The notes: generated from the letters alone by a model not told the origin. Counted from the stretch's first letter, positions 35,320 through 48,230 are shown. The stretch: 64,000 nt of DNA from Leucoraja erinacea (GCF_028641065.1 NC_073411.1:10974001-11038000); one strand, 5' to 3'. Made by a program: numbers and translations.

Positions 35320-35436
35320 CTTGCGGAGCCGGGGGTCATTCCATGTGGTGGTGCCGGTGTTATGGTCGATGTAGTAGGGCCAGCCGCTGTCGGGGTCGCG
35401 CTTCACCTCCCAGCCGCGGGGCAGAACGACGGCCAT
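35320..35436 (-). CDS. BAG4: BAG gene exon 1 encoding a BAG3-type WW domain
   Basis: Strong Kozak GCCATGG; [39 protein letters not shown] has both Trp residues and the final Pro; AAG|GTGAGT donor, phase 0; lies in a CpG island. Confidence 0.9.
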
Positions 35437-35995
35437 GGCCTTCTCGCCCGCTCGCGCGCTCGCTCAGCCGCTGCTCTCCGGCCCCGCTCCAGCGCCCCGC
35501 CCCCCTCGCTGAGCGGCAGCCCCGCCGGCCAATCACGCCCCGCCTGACCAGGACAAGTCCCGCCCCCTAGCTGAGCGACGGTCCCACTGACCAATCACAC
35601 CCCGCCTGACCAGGACAAGTCCCGCCCCCTAGCTGAGCGACGGTCCCACTGACCAATCACACCGCACCGGGCCAGGACAGGTCCCGACCCTCATTGATTG
35701 ACGGCTCCGTCGGCCAATCACACAGCCCCTGTCCAGGGTTAGCCCCACCCCTCCCCCTCCCCCCACTGACTGACGGCCGGCCGTGGTAGCCAATCACACA
35801 GCGCCTGACCGGGACAAGTCCCACCCCCTCGCTGATCGATGGCTCCTTCGACCAATCACACCCCGCCTGGCCCGGACAAGTCCCACCTCCGGTGACTGAC
35901 GGCCCCGCCGGCCAATCACACACAGTCCCGCCCCGCTCCATCCGGCTCACCGGCCAGATTCAGCGGGGCATCGGCCAGAGCGGCACGCCCACTTC
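35437..35995 (-). promoter_or_regulatory. CpG-island promoter of the BAG gene built from ~62-bp CCAAT + GC-box repeats
   Basis: CCAAT at 35529, 35591, 35653, 35714, 35790, 35852 and 35912, with interleaved CCCCGCC/CCCGCCCC boxes; CpG-rich. Confidence 0.75.
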
Positions 35996-36008
35996 CTCTG
36001 ACATCTGT

Positions 36009-37057
36009 AGACACACTCGCTGACACACTAGAGTTGACACACTCGCTGACACACTAGAGTTGACACACTCGCTGACACACTAGAGTTGACACACTCGCTG
36101 ACACACTAGAGTTGACACACTCGCTGACACACTAGAGTTGACACACTCGCTGACACACTAGAGTTGACACACCCACTAACACTAGAGTTGACACACTCGA
36201 TGACACACTAGAGTTGACACACTAGAGTTGACACACCCACTAACACACTAGAGTTGACACACTCGCTGACACACTAGAGTTGACACGCTCGCTGACACAC
36301 TAGAGTTGACACACCCACTAACACTAGAGTTGACACACTCGATGACACACTAGAGTTGACACACCCACTGACACACTAGAGTTCAGATTCAATTTTAATT
36401 TAATTTGACACACTAGAGTTGACACACTCACTGACACACTCAGGACAGTGGCACACTAGAGTTGACACACTCGCTGACACACTAGAGTTGACACCCACTA
36501 ACACACTAGAGTTGACACACTCACTGACACACTCAGGACAGTGGCACACTAGAGTTGACACACTAGAGTTGACACACCCACTAACACACTAGTGTTGACA
36601 CACGCAGGGCAGTGACACGCCAAAGTTGACACACCCACTAACACACTAGAGTTGACACACTCACTGACACGCAGGACAGTGACACACTAGAGTTGACACA
36701 CTCACTGACACACTCAGGACAGTGGCACACTAGAGTTGACACACCCACTAACACACTAGCGTTGACACACTGACACACGCAGGGCAGTGGCACACTAGAG
36801 TTGACACACCCACTAACACACTAGAGTTGACACACTCACTGACACACGCAAGACAGTGACGCACTAGAGTTGACATACTCACTGACACACTCAGGACAGT
36901 GACACACTAGAGTTGACACCCACTAACACACTAGAGTTGACACACGCAGGGCAGTGGCACACTAGAGTTGACACACTCACTGACACACTAGAGCTGACAC
37001 ACTCACTGACACCGCCAGGACAGTGACACACTCGCTGACACACTATAGTTGACACAC
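36009..37057. repeat. Minisatellite, 26-bp unit ACACACTCGCTGACACACTAGAGTTG with GACACAC sub-units
   Basis: Perfect units at the left end, degenerating and rearranging rightwards. Confidence 0.95.
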
Positions 37058-39861
37058 TTTGATTTCCCCCCCCTTCCCCCCCCCCCCCTTCCCTTCACTT
37101 CCCCCCAACCCTAGTCATCCCACTAGTTCCACTGTTCACATCCTTGTGTTGTTAGCACATCTTACCCAGCCAACAACAGGCTGTTATGGACTCCACCCTT
37201 CCTGAGGTTGCCGCCTCTGTTTTTGTCCTGGCCTTCTCTATCGTCAGTCTGAAGCGTTCCGACCCAAAATGTCAGCTATTCTTAATCCCCAGAGATACTC
37301 CTAATCCCCAGAGTTACTCCAACAGTTTGTGTCTATCAAACTAAGAACTAAGCTTGGATATCAATGGTACTGCGTTGTGACTTCCTGTCTGAACCCATTT
37401 AACTAAACGTGGAAACAGGCCCACCAAGTCCACACTGACCAACAATCCCCGCACACTAACACCACGATCCCACACATGCTAGGGTCAATTTACAATTTTA
37501 TCTAAGCCAATTAGCCTACAAGCCTGTACGTCTTTGGAGTGTGGGAGGAAACCGGGGCACCCGGAGCAGGTCTCGGGGAGAACGTACAAACTCCGTACAG
37601 ACAGCACCCGTAATCAGGATCAAACCCGGGTCTCTGGCGTGGTAAGGCAGCAACTCTATCGTTGCACCACCATGCCACCCATAACTATCAATAAATATTA
37701 AAATATTGAACATCGGTGTACACAGAACAAAAGCTTCTTGAGAGTCAAATGTTTTAAATAACTCCTTTAATTTCTTTTTTAAAGTATTCAGCTGGTGTAC
37801 AGAGAAATGGCTTTTTCTGTTAAACTTATTTTCTTTTATACAATTCTTTGATATAGGTAAATCTAATTCAAAAGGCTTCTCTTCACAACAACGATTAAAA
37901 AAAACCCAGGAGGCATTGGTAAAATTCTAAAAAGCTGTGCCAGGGAGATTTCACTGATTATCAGCATTCTACAATTTAATATCTAATACAGCCATTGCTT
38001 TATACCTGATTAGCAGTCACAGTGCCTAAACATTCCTGGTGATGATTGATAAAAGTTCTGTGCAAGTGCTGAAGCATTTCTTACAGTAAGATGCTATAAG
38101 ATTAATACAATTCCGTACCAGCCTGTACTCCATCTACCACCTATTCATTCTCCACTAACTCGCACAGTGCAGTACTCTTCCCCTCTCACTCCCACCATGA
38201 GTCCTTCACCTGCGCACACTCAGAGCGCTCACCATTACAAGTCTTAATGAGGCTCCTCAGTGCACAGTGCAATTGTGTAGCTGCAAGCCAGCCATTTGGG
38301 TCCCGTTTTGAACATGGATATCCTGGTATTGGACAGGGCCATTAACGAAAATCAGCTTTATGCTGAAAATTCCAGGTGCTGGCCCCCAATCACTTATTTC
38401 AAGCTGCTGGGCAAGTGGAATGTGTGAATTCCAAGCTTACCAACAACTCTGCAGCCACAATTTGAAGGTGTGTAAAGAAGCCGAGATGGATTTGTTGTAT
38501 TATTGCTATAAGTGAACTAGAACATCTCTTTCAATTGTGCATAATTAACACAGTCTTTCCTTTTCTCCAATCAAGCCTTGCAATTGAACCTTAAACTTCA
38601 GGTTTCATGTTCATAAGTCATAGGAGCAGAATTAAGCCATTCGGCCCATCGAGTCTACTCCACTATTCAATCATGGCTGATCTATCTCTCCCTCCTAGCC
38701 CCATTCTCCTGCCTTCTCCCCATAACTCTTGACACCCGTACTAATGAAAAATCTATCGACCTTTGCCTTAAAAATATGCAATGACGGCCTCCACTGGCCT
38801 CTGTGGCAATGAATTCCACAGATTCACCACTTTCAACTCCTCAGAGGTCAAAATGGCCCAGAGGTTTTTAAAGAGCTTGTTTAACCTGTGTGCCATACTG
38901 GTGCGTATGTAGGGGCTAAGTTCAATGGACGTAAAAGCATGATGCAAAGACACATTGAGGAAGCTTGGTACACACTTCCCTTGTCCCCTTGCCTTTATGG
39001 AGCAAGGATTCAGCAGGCATACTGTGTCGGGAGGAACAGCAGATGCTGGTTTAAACCAAAGACAGGCACAAAAGGCTGCAGTAAGCCAGAGGGTCAGGCA
39101 GCATCTCTGGGAAAAGGAATAGGTGACATTTCAGGTCTGAAGAAGGATCTCCACCCAAAACATCAACTATTCCTTTTCCCAGGAGATGCTACCTGACCCG
39201 CTAAGTTACTCCAGCCTGTTGTGTCTGTCTAAGGATTCCAGGACATTCCTTGTGGGACTAATGGGATAAGGAATTGGCTGTACTTGACCCAAGACACAGG
39301 TTGAAGGGGATCATTGTTTTTTTTGTCATTTCATACCGTTACAAGTTTTTAATTCACCAAGGCCATCCACTGTAACCCATGTGCTTATTTATCATGTTTA
39401 AGAAGGAACTGCAGATGCTGGAAAATCGAAAGTAGACAAAAGTGCTGGAGAAACTCAGCGGGTGCGGCAGCATCTGTGTAGCGAAGGAAATAATTCGGGC
39501 CGAAACATTGCCTATTTCCTTCGCTCCATAGATGCTGCCTTTGGCATGTGAGAGGAAACCGGATCACCCAGAGGAAACCCACGTGGTCACAGGGAGAATG
39601 CGCAAACTCCACACAGACTCCACCTGAGGTCAAGATCGAACCCGGGTCTCTGGTGCTACACGGCAGTAGTTCTACCCGCTGCACCACTCTACCGTCTTAT
39701 CCCTGACATGTACCATTTATCGCAGCAGTTTGTGTCCCCTTACCATAGTGAAGGATACAGGCAGCAGATCTTTGCTGCGAGCCCAGATGTCAGAAGGTGA
39801 AGTCACAAACACCCCTGACAACAGGTGAAGCTGGGGCCTTGAACTAGTCCTCACTGGAGTA

Positions 39862-40362
39862 ACCATATAACCATATAACAATTACAGCACGGAAACAGGC
39901 CATCTCGGCCCTACAAGTCCGTGCCGAACAAATGTTTTTTCCCCTTAGTCCCACCTGCCTGCACTCATACCATAACCCTCCATTCCCTTCTCATCCATAT
40001 GCCTATCCAATTCATTTTTAAATACCAATGAACCTGCCTCCACCACTTCCACTGGAAGCTCATTCCACACCGCTACCACTCTCTGAGTAAAGAAGTTCCC
40101 CCTCATATTACCCCTAAACTTCTGTCCCTTAATTCTGAAGTCATGTCCTCTTGTTTGAATCTTCCCTATTCTCAAAGGGAAAAGCTTGTCCACATCAACT
40201 CTGTCCATCCCTCTCATCATTTTAAAGACCTCTATCAGGTCCCCCCTTAACCTTCTGCGCTCCAGAGAATAAAGACCTAACTTATTCAACCTATCTCTGT
40301 AACTTAGTTGTTGAAACCCAGGCAACATTCTAGTAAATCTCCTCTGTACTCTCTCTATTTTG
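39862..40362 (-). mobile_element. CR1-type LINE 3' fragment (second subfamily)
   Basis: IERVQRRFTRMLPG...RRRLRGDLIE...FFTQRVVAVWNELP with (TTATATGG)n tail; sister copy at 47455-47800 (+). Confidence 0.9.
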
Positions 40363-43300
40363 TTGACATAAACATGGAGTACAAACATTCAGCTAAAGTA
40401 ATTAAACCCAGGGGTTAATACAGACAGTCTGAAGCACTAACTCACACTGGCCAGGATCAGGAATCCCAGCCACTATTATTCAGAGAGTATAAGGGTCGAT
40501 TGCTTTGCGTACAGCTATGGCTCTTTGGAGGAAGCGAGATTGCTGTGAGCACATTGAAAAATATTGCTTCTGGCTTTCAACTCAAACTATATCGCCTGAA
40601 AATTGCACCATGGAGCAGGATGACCCCTAGTCTGACTCCATGGCCTTTTGTTGAAAATCCAGTCATGATATGGAGGAGGTCACTGTGAAGTGCAACGCAA
40701 GCATGCAATTCATGGACTGGTCTGCAGGGGCAGGCCTGAGCAGCTGGGAGTTAAGATTCCACTTCATTCATAGTCATAGAGCATGGAAACAGGCCTTTCA
40801 GCACAAATTTACCATGCCGACCAAGATGCCCCATCTACGCTAGCCTCACCTGCCCATATCCCTCTAAACCTTTCCTATCAATGTACCTGTCCAAATGTTG
40901 TGATAGCACCTGCCTCAACTACCTTCTCTGGCAGCTCGTTCCATATACCCACAGTGTGAAAACTTACCCCTATGGTTTCTATCAAAACTTTCCCTTCTCA
41001 CCTTAAACCTATGTCCCATGCCCTCCAGGATGCTCTTAATGTCTTTCCTGAAGACGGGCTCATCGTATTTTTTACCACTGCCATCTCATGGTGGGATGGA
41101 GCATGAGCCAGAGGAAGATGGTGCCCCTGTTCTTTACATCCCTGCCACTCGCTGGAAAATCAGCTGAAGTGTACCCCACTAGATAGACACAAAATGCTGC
41201 AGTCACTCAGCGGGACAGGCAGCATTTCCGGATAGAAGGAATGGGTGACGTTTAGGGTCGAGACCCTTCTTCAGATTGTCTCGACACGAAACGCCACCCA
41301 TTCGTTCTATCCAGAGATGCTGCCTGTCCCGCTGAGTTACTCCAGCATTTTGTGTCTATCTACGGTGTAAACCAGCATCTGCAGTTCCTTCCTACACAGA
41401 GAGCACCCCCTACTGGTGGAAGTGGTAATGCAAGGTCACCTCTGCAGGAAGTTGGGTCTATCCATTGCCTGGTGTAATGTGAACTTCTAAACCTCCAAGG
41501 AATGTTCTTTGCAATATGTCAGAACTTCACTTCCCCACAGCCTCTGTGAAATCTGGCACACGCCACACCCCCAGTGCCATTTAATCGCCACTTTTTATGC
41601 ATTTAATTTTTAATTATTAATTATATTTTGATAAAATACTGAAAAAATCCTATTAAGTTGGTAACCATTCCTTCTCTCCGGAGATGCTGCATGTCCCCCT
41701 GAATCACTACAGCATTTTGTGACTACCTTCGATTTAAACCAGCATCTGCAGTTCTTTCTTACACCTAGTCACCATTCAACTACCTACTGGTTGATTTTAT
41801 GTTTCTGACAGGTTTAGAAGCTCTCCATTCTCAACATCAAGGAGCAATCAAAGCTGGGTTGTACATCATAAGTTGTTGGAGCAGGACTAGGCCATCAGCC
41901 TACCTTGCCATTCAATCATGGCTGATCTATCTTTTCCCTCTCAACCCCATTCTCCTGCCTTCTCCCCATAACCCCTGACACCCACACTAATCAAGAATCT
42001 ATCAATCTCCACTTTAAAAATATCCATTGACTTGGCCTCTACCGCCTTCTGTGGCAATGAATTCCACAGATTCACCATCTTCCGTAAAGAAATTCCCCCT
42101 CGTCTCCTTTCTAAAGTTGCGTCCTTTCATTCTGAAGCTATGGTATCCAGTCCTGGACTCTCCCACTAGTGGAATCATCCTCTCCACATCCACTCTCTAT
42201 CAGAGGGCCAATGCCTGCTGTGTTCATTCAGTTACATGAACTGCACAAGCCCACACTTATCTAAGGATGGATTAATTCTGGCTTACACTTCCTTGCTGAA
42301 GAAATAGACATTTTTACTGCGTTGATGCTTGTAGGGCCAATGTGGGCTTTGTATGTTGGTGTTATCACATAGCTACTGTTCTTGCCACCCTGCAATAGTG
42401 GGCACATTTCCTAAATTGTCCTTGATGGACTATGTGTGATTTGGGACATCAAAAGGCAGCACGAGTTAACAGCTCGATCTTTACAAAGTTTATGACCCAC
42501 CATGGTCACACAAGCACTAGTCCTTGTCCACTGAGATGAAGACATCGCCACTGAGCTCTAAGTCTTCTGCACATAGTTATTCACTGGGCAACAACATCAG
42601 TTCAAGTCAAAGATAGACACAAAATGCCGGAGTAACTCAGCAGGACAGGCAGCATCTCTGGAGAGAATAGGTGACGTTTCTGGTCAAGACCCTTCTTCAG
42701 AGTACATACGTTCTCCCCGTGACTTTTCTCCAAATGCTCCGGTTTCCTCCCACATTTCAAAGATGTATGGGTTTAGAGGTTAATTGGCTTCTGTAAATTG
42801 TCCCTAGAGTATAGGATAGAACTAGTATATGGGGTGATTGTTGGTCGGCGCAGACTCGGTGGGCTGAAGGGCCTGTTTTCACGCTGTATCACCAAACTAT
42901 ACTGAATGTCAGCTGAGACAAGCAATTACAAGCTTGTTGTCACTACTGATGGGCTACTTCACAACCCCATCCATTGCCACTGATGCAGTTAAGGTTTACT
43001 GAGAGGCTGGGGCTAATTCTCACTTTTCACAAATTCACCTGTCATCTGTGTTTTTCTGAAGTTTCTTGGATTCTCATTTCCAGTGATCTCCTTGGGATAG
43101 GCAGCTGGTACAGCATCGCCAGTGGATAAACCCAACCTGCCACTTACAGTGGCGCAGCGGTAGTTGCTGCCTTGCAGCACTTACAGCGCCTGAGACCCAG
43201 GTTCGATCCTGACTACGGGTGGTGGATGTACGGAGTTTCTACGTTCTCCCCCTGACCTGCGTGGGGTTTTCACCGGGATCTTCGGATTCCTCCCAAACTC

Positions 43301-43850
43301 CAAAGACATACAGGTTTGTAAGTTAATTGGCTTGGTATAAAATGTAAATTGTCCCTAATGTGCGTAGGATAGTGTTAATGGCTCAGTGGACCAAAGTGCC
43401 TGTTTTTCTTCTGTATCTCTGAACTAAACTAAACCTACACTGCACTCCAGATGATTTCAGACACAGGCAGCTGCTACATCACTCGAGGCTGCATCCATGG
43501 TCAGATTCAACCATATCCAGCCTGCTCCCCTCCTGCATCCCTCTCTCCACTCTCCCCAAGGGCAAGCCACTTTCACTTCAGCTGTGACGTGGAATAGTGT
43601 CGCTTTCAAGCCATCACATGATGGGCAGCCACACAACAGCGTGGTGACAAATGGGAAATAACCAAACCAGAGAACAAGGCAATCAAGCAAGGAACAAGGG
43701 AGAATGAGGAAACCTACCAATTAGTTGGGAAAAACGCAGAACCTGTTAAACAGACATTCCTGAGGAAATTCACCATCCGTTCCTGCATCCCGTGTATTGA
43801 TGCCGACGGCAACAGTCATGGACTGATTGTCCAGAACACAAGAGTGCAGG

Positions 43851-44031
43851 TACACAAAAATGCTGGAGAAACTCAGCGGGTGCAGCAGCATCTATGGAGC
43901 GAAGGAAATAGGCAACGTTTCGGGCCGAAACGTTTCCTATTTCCTTCGCTCCATAGATGCTGCTGCACCCGCTGAGTTTCTCCAGCATTTTTGTGTACCT
44001 TCGATTTTCCAGCATCTGCAGTTCCTCCTTA
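43851..44031. mobile_element. Palindromic hammerhead-family element with deleted centre
   Basis: Inverted arms; 16-bp duplication AACACAAGAGTGCAGG at 43835-43850 and 44032-44047. Confidence 0.75.
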
Positions 44032-45134
44032 AACACAAGAGTGCAGGATTGTTTGAAATTTTAAATACAGTTTAAAACTCTGGCAATGTAAAGTTGGTGA
44101 CAGCAGAATGAATGTANNNNNNNNNNNNNNNNNNNNNNNNNNNNNNNNNNNNNNNNNNNNNNNNNNNNNNNNNNNNNNNNNNNNNNNNNNNNNNNNNNNN
44201 NNNNNNNNNNNNNNNNNNNNNNNNNNNNNNNNNNNNNNNNNNNNNNNNNNNNNNNNNNNTGAGGAATGAATGAGTGAAGAAGAGAGGACACAAAGTATTG
44301 GAGTAACAGAGGGGTCAGATAGCATCATCTCTGGAGAACGTTTCGGATCGGGACCCTTCTTCGGACTGTCTGTCCCGAAACGTCACCTATCCATGTTCTC
44401 CAGAGATGCTGCTTGACCCATGGAGTTACACCAGTACTTGGTGTCCTTTTCTGACAGCAGAGGTGAAGCTGACGACAATGTCCTTTCTGGAAGGAGCTCC
44501 GATCTGGCTGGACGTCTTGCACTGCACAAACATGGTCAACATTTAGCTCTTCTGTAGACCCCACTTGTTCTTCAAAAGCAAGCGAGAGATGGCCTGCCTT
44601 GCCTGCGTCCCGGAAAACAAATTTAAATTCCCTTTCAGAATGGGTATGGGAGGCAACCACCAGTCCAAGGAACTGTGAGCGGACTTTAATTCTCTCGGGT
44701 TGCTCTCTGTAAAATACATAGGTTCACACAGGTGAACACAGTCACACATACAATGTAACTTGACAATGAACCAGGAACTAGTGATCACGTATGTCCCACA
44801 ATAGTTCCCGGAGAGCATAGATTAAGAGGGTGTTGTGGCTTGCATTTTGAAGCCAGTACTGCTGGTGATGAATAGTACTTTGAAAACCTGAAGTAATAAC
44901 AATCCCACATCGTGAGACACAAAAACCAAACAGGAAAAATCGTCTCACGTGTTAAAAAGCAAGAATTGTGGTGGTTCGAGAATATAGGTTAAATGACTAT
45001 CTGCACTCCCAGACACAAAGGTGGAGATGAACCAGAGATTGAACAGAGGAAATTAAACCTCCTGCGTTCAGCTTCAGTTCAAAACCTGACGCTGTCTGGT
45101 CCCAGTTGTGAGCAGGCTTCAACGGAGAAACGGA

Positions 45135-45776
45135 CACAGTGGTTCTTTACTGTTTAATACTTAGAACATAGAGAGCTGCCCTCTTCTGGAATAGGACAAA
45201 TATTCAAACCAAACACAAATCTTACAGGAAATTCTTTAAAAAAATAGAGTAGCAGAATTTAAAAGCTACAAAGCACAATTTTGTACTCCAAGGAATTAGC
45301 GGTGGGCCAGCAAAAAAGGAAAAGTAAGAGAAGCATTTGATGCCAACTAAAGTTGTCTTTTATACAGCTGGTTTGGTACCTACCCAGACAACTGTTGAAT
45401 ATATTGCAGTGCATTGCTGTTATTTTTTTTTTGCATAGTATTATGTTAATCATGTACAGCAAAACAATTGTATTGAAAACTCTACTTGCTATTTAAAACC
45501 CAATTAAAAATGTGAGCATTAAAGCGACTGAATTTTGATTTGATATTGCTGTTGAGATCCGACCCTGGTATCGTTCAGGCTTATTCTGTAGGTGGGGTAC
45601 CTCCCAGCTCTGTGACAATAATTATCATTCAGTCCTTTAGGCGGTACAACAGGGTACATGCTTTGACAGTCAATCATGCTAATTGATAATAGTAACTCTC
45701 CTATAGAAATCATGCCTGTAGCCTAATGTAAAGTCTTTTTCCTCTCACAGCCCCCCAGTCTGCCTGCTTCTTCTTG
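45135..45776 (-). other. ANK1: ANK1 3'UTR
   Basis: TE-free AT-rich stretch; minus-strand ATTAAA at 45158-45153 followed by GU-rich sequence. Confidence 0.5.
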
Positions 45777-45803
45777 TCAAGGCCGTGTTGTAGATACAGT
45801 ATC
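45777..45803 (-). CDS. ANK1: ANK1 terminal exon, coding part DTVSTTRP*
   Basis: TTTTTCAG acceptor with a CTAAT branch-like site ~25 nt upstream; phase 0 to exon 54290; resembles the human ANK1 C-terminus DHTSTPNP (recalled). Confidence 0.7.
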   Translation of the reverse strand, partial: DTVSTTRP

Positions 45804-45866
45804 CTGAAAAATAAAACGGTGCAGAATTAGCGGGTGGGGTTTAGGTAGAAAACAAAAATCAATTTA

Positions 45867-46085
45867 AGGGCCTGTCCCACTAGGGGGTCATTTGCGTGTC
45901 ACTCAGGTGCGTGCGAGGATTGTGAGAATCCCCAAATCCTGGGGCACCGCTCGCTATCGCACGTCACTGCTTACACCACCACGTCTCACCATGCGCCATG
46001 CACGCCATGCCCGCGTCGTGCATCCTGACGCGTAAATTATATCGCGTAATTGACGTGCAAATAACGCCCAAGTGGGACAGGCCCT
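45867..46085. mobile_element. PIF/Harbinger-like MITE
   Basis: TIR AGGGCCTGTCCCACT with a perfect TTA duplication (45864-45866, 46086-46088). Confidence 0.8.
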
Positions 46086-46705
46086 TTAGTCACACCATGT
46101 GCAAGCCCATGCATGGTTTGGTAGAATACACTTTCACTGATTATTTTAGCCATCAGCACTCTCTCAGATAGTTCAAAGATGTTTTAATTGTTGGCTCGGT
46201 GGTGCAACAGTAAGGCTAGTTGGGCCTTACAGCGCCTGAGACCCGGGTTCGATACTGTCTGTATGGAGACAGTAAAGAATACTGTCTGTATGGAGTTTGC
46301 ACGTTCTCCCTGTGACCGTGTGGATTTTCTCCGAGATATTCACTTTCCTCCCACACTCCAAAGACGTACAGGTTTGTAGGCTAGTTGGCTGTAGGTGTAA
46401 AAGTGTCCCTTGTGCGTGTGGGATGATATTAATGTGCGGGGATCGCTGGTCGGCACGGGCTCGATGGGCCGAAGGACCTGTTTCCGCTCTGTATTTCTAA
46501 ACTAAACAAAACGTAATCATGTGTAGGAAGTAACTGCGGATGCTGGTTTAAACCAAAGATAGACACAAAAAGCTGGAGTAACTCAGCGGGACAGGCAGCA
46601 TCGCTGGAGAAAAGGAATAGGTGGCTTTTCGGGTCGAGACCCTTCTTCAATTGTGTGATTACTAAAATACTTCATTCCAATGAACGACTTGTAAAGGAAT
46701 GCAAT

Positions 46706-47283
46706 ACTCCAGGTGAGACCACACCTGGAGTATTGCGTACAGTTTTGGTCTCCAAATCTGAGGAAGGACATTATTGCCATAGAGGGAGTGCAGAGAAGGT
46801 TCACCAGACTGATTCCTGGGATGTCAGGACTGTCTTATGAAGAAAGACTGGATAGACTTGGTTTATACTCTCTAGAATTTAGGAGATTGAGAGGGGATCT
46901 TATAGAAACTTACAAAATTCTTAAGGGGTTGGACAGGCTAGATGCAGGAAGATTGTTCCCGATGTTGGGGAAGTCCAGGACAAGGGGTCACAGCTTAAGG
47001 ATAAGGGGGAAATCCTTTAAAACCGAGATGAGGAGAACTTTTTTCACACAGAGAGTGGTGAATCTCTGGAACTCTCTCCCACAGAGGGTAGTTGAGGCCA
47101 GTTCATTGGCTATATTTAAGAGGGAGTTAGATGTGGCCCTTGTGGCCAAGGGGATCAGAGGGTATGGAGAGAAGGCAGGTACGGGATACTGAGTTGATGA
47201 TCAGCCATGATCATATTGAATGGCGGTGCAGGCTCGAAGGGCCGAATGGCCTACTCCTGCACCTAATTTCTATGTTTCTATGA
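46706..47283 (+). mobile_element. CR1/HER1-type LINE 3' fragment
   Basis: RPHLEYCVQFWSP...LEFRRLRGDLIE...RTRGH...FFTQRVVNLWNSLP ORF2 C-terminus, then 3'UTR ending in (TTTCTATG)n. Confidence 0.92.
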
Positions 47284-48230
47284 ATGTCTATGTTTATATC
47301 AGAGCTCTCCTTACTTTCCAAGTGTGTCTTTTATTAAATTAATTTGCAAATCAACATTATTGAGGTCTGGATTCCAATCTCTAAACACTGCGGAGAATGA
47401 TGACAGAACAAAAATGCTGGAGTAACTCAGTGGGACAGGCAGCATCTCTGGATCTACAGAGTTGATGTGGATCAGCTTTTCCCTTTGAGAAGATGGAAGA
47501 TTCAAACAAGAGGACATGACTTCAGAATTAAGAGACAGAAGTTTAGGGGTAACATGAGGGGGAACATCTTTACTCAGAGAGTGGTAGCGGTGTGGAATGA
47601 GCTTCCAGTGGAAGTGGTGGCGGCATGTTCGTTGGTATCATTTAAAAATAAATTGGATAGGCATATGGATGAGAAGAGAATGGAGGGTTATGGTATGAGT
47701 ACAGGCAGGTGGGACTAAGGGAAAAAAGTTGTTCGGCATGGACTTGTAGGGCCGAGATGGCCTGTTTCTGTGCTGTAATTGTTATATGGTTATATGGTTA
47801 GAAGGAATGGGTGATGCTTCGGGTCGGGACCCTTCTTGTGTCTGAAGTTTAGTTTAGAGACATGTAGAATTATGATATTTGTATCTGATTTTAATTATTT
47901 TATTCATTCACATCATTCAGTCGCATTCTAGATTTTCTTTTTACCATTTACCATTTAATATGTTAAGATTTACGGTCAAATCTCAAGTCCCTCCTTCGGT
48001 TTGAACCTGATCTCCACAGCTCTCGGCTAGACGCAAATAGATCAGCAAGAGACATCACATTGTGGGGTATTTATGGATGTGATGGAACGTATTTCTCAGC
48101 ATTGCCTATCGCTTTACGGGCATAGATTAAGCAATTAGCCGAGCAACACTTGGAAACATAAGAGTTCAAGAGATGGAAAGGTCAGAGAAAACATATCTAC
48201 CCTCTGCAAAAACATCTCAATAAATATATT

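Noticed and set aside
33440-35320. Possible WW-transposase fusion by splicing BAG exon 1 into the same-strand Tc1 ORF
   Set aside because: The nearest AG (TCCGTAG) gives phase 1 against a phase-0 donor, and the pyrimidine tract is weak.
21387-35436. Calling the gene BAG3 because of the WW domain and INPP5F neighbour
   Set aside because: No IPV motifs, no post-BAG tail, five exons, BAG4-like linker motifs and ANK1 linkage all favour BAG4; phylogeny is still needed.
34118-35547. Long Pro/Ser/Leu-rich and Gly/Glu/Arg-rich ORFs (418, 305 and 129 aa)
   Set aside because: Artefacts of the C/T low-complexity tract, which lacks stop codons; only the WW exon 35320-35436 is real.
36009-37057. CRISPR-like periodic array
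   Set aside because: No unique spacers, eukaryotic context and no cas genes; it is a minisatellite.
43770-44075. Recurrent peptides such as MLEKLSGCSSIYGAKEIGNVS in many short ORFs
   Set aside because: These are translations of the non-coding palindromic repeat on both strands, not a protein family.
45818-45835. GCTAATTCTGC on the minus strand, matching the 3' end of the HDV-like ribozyme
   Set aside because: No P1/P2/P3 partners upstream; its position fits the branch point of the ANK1 terminal exon.
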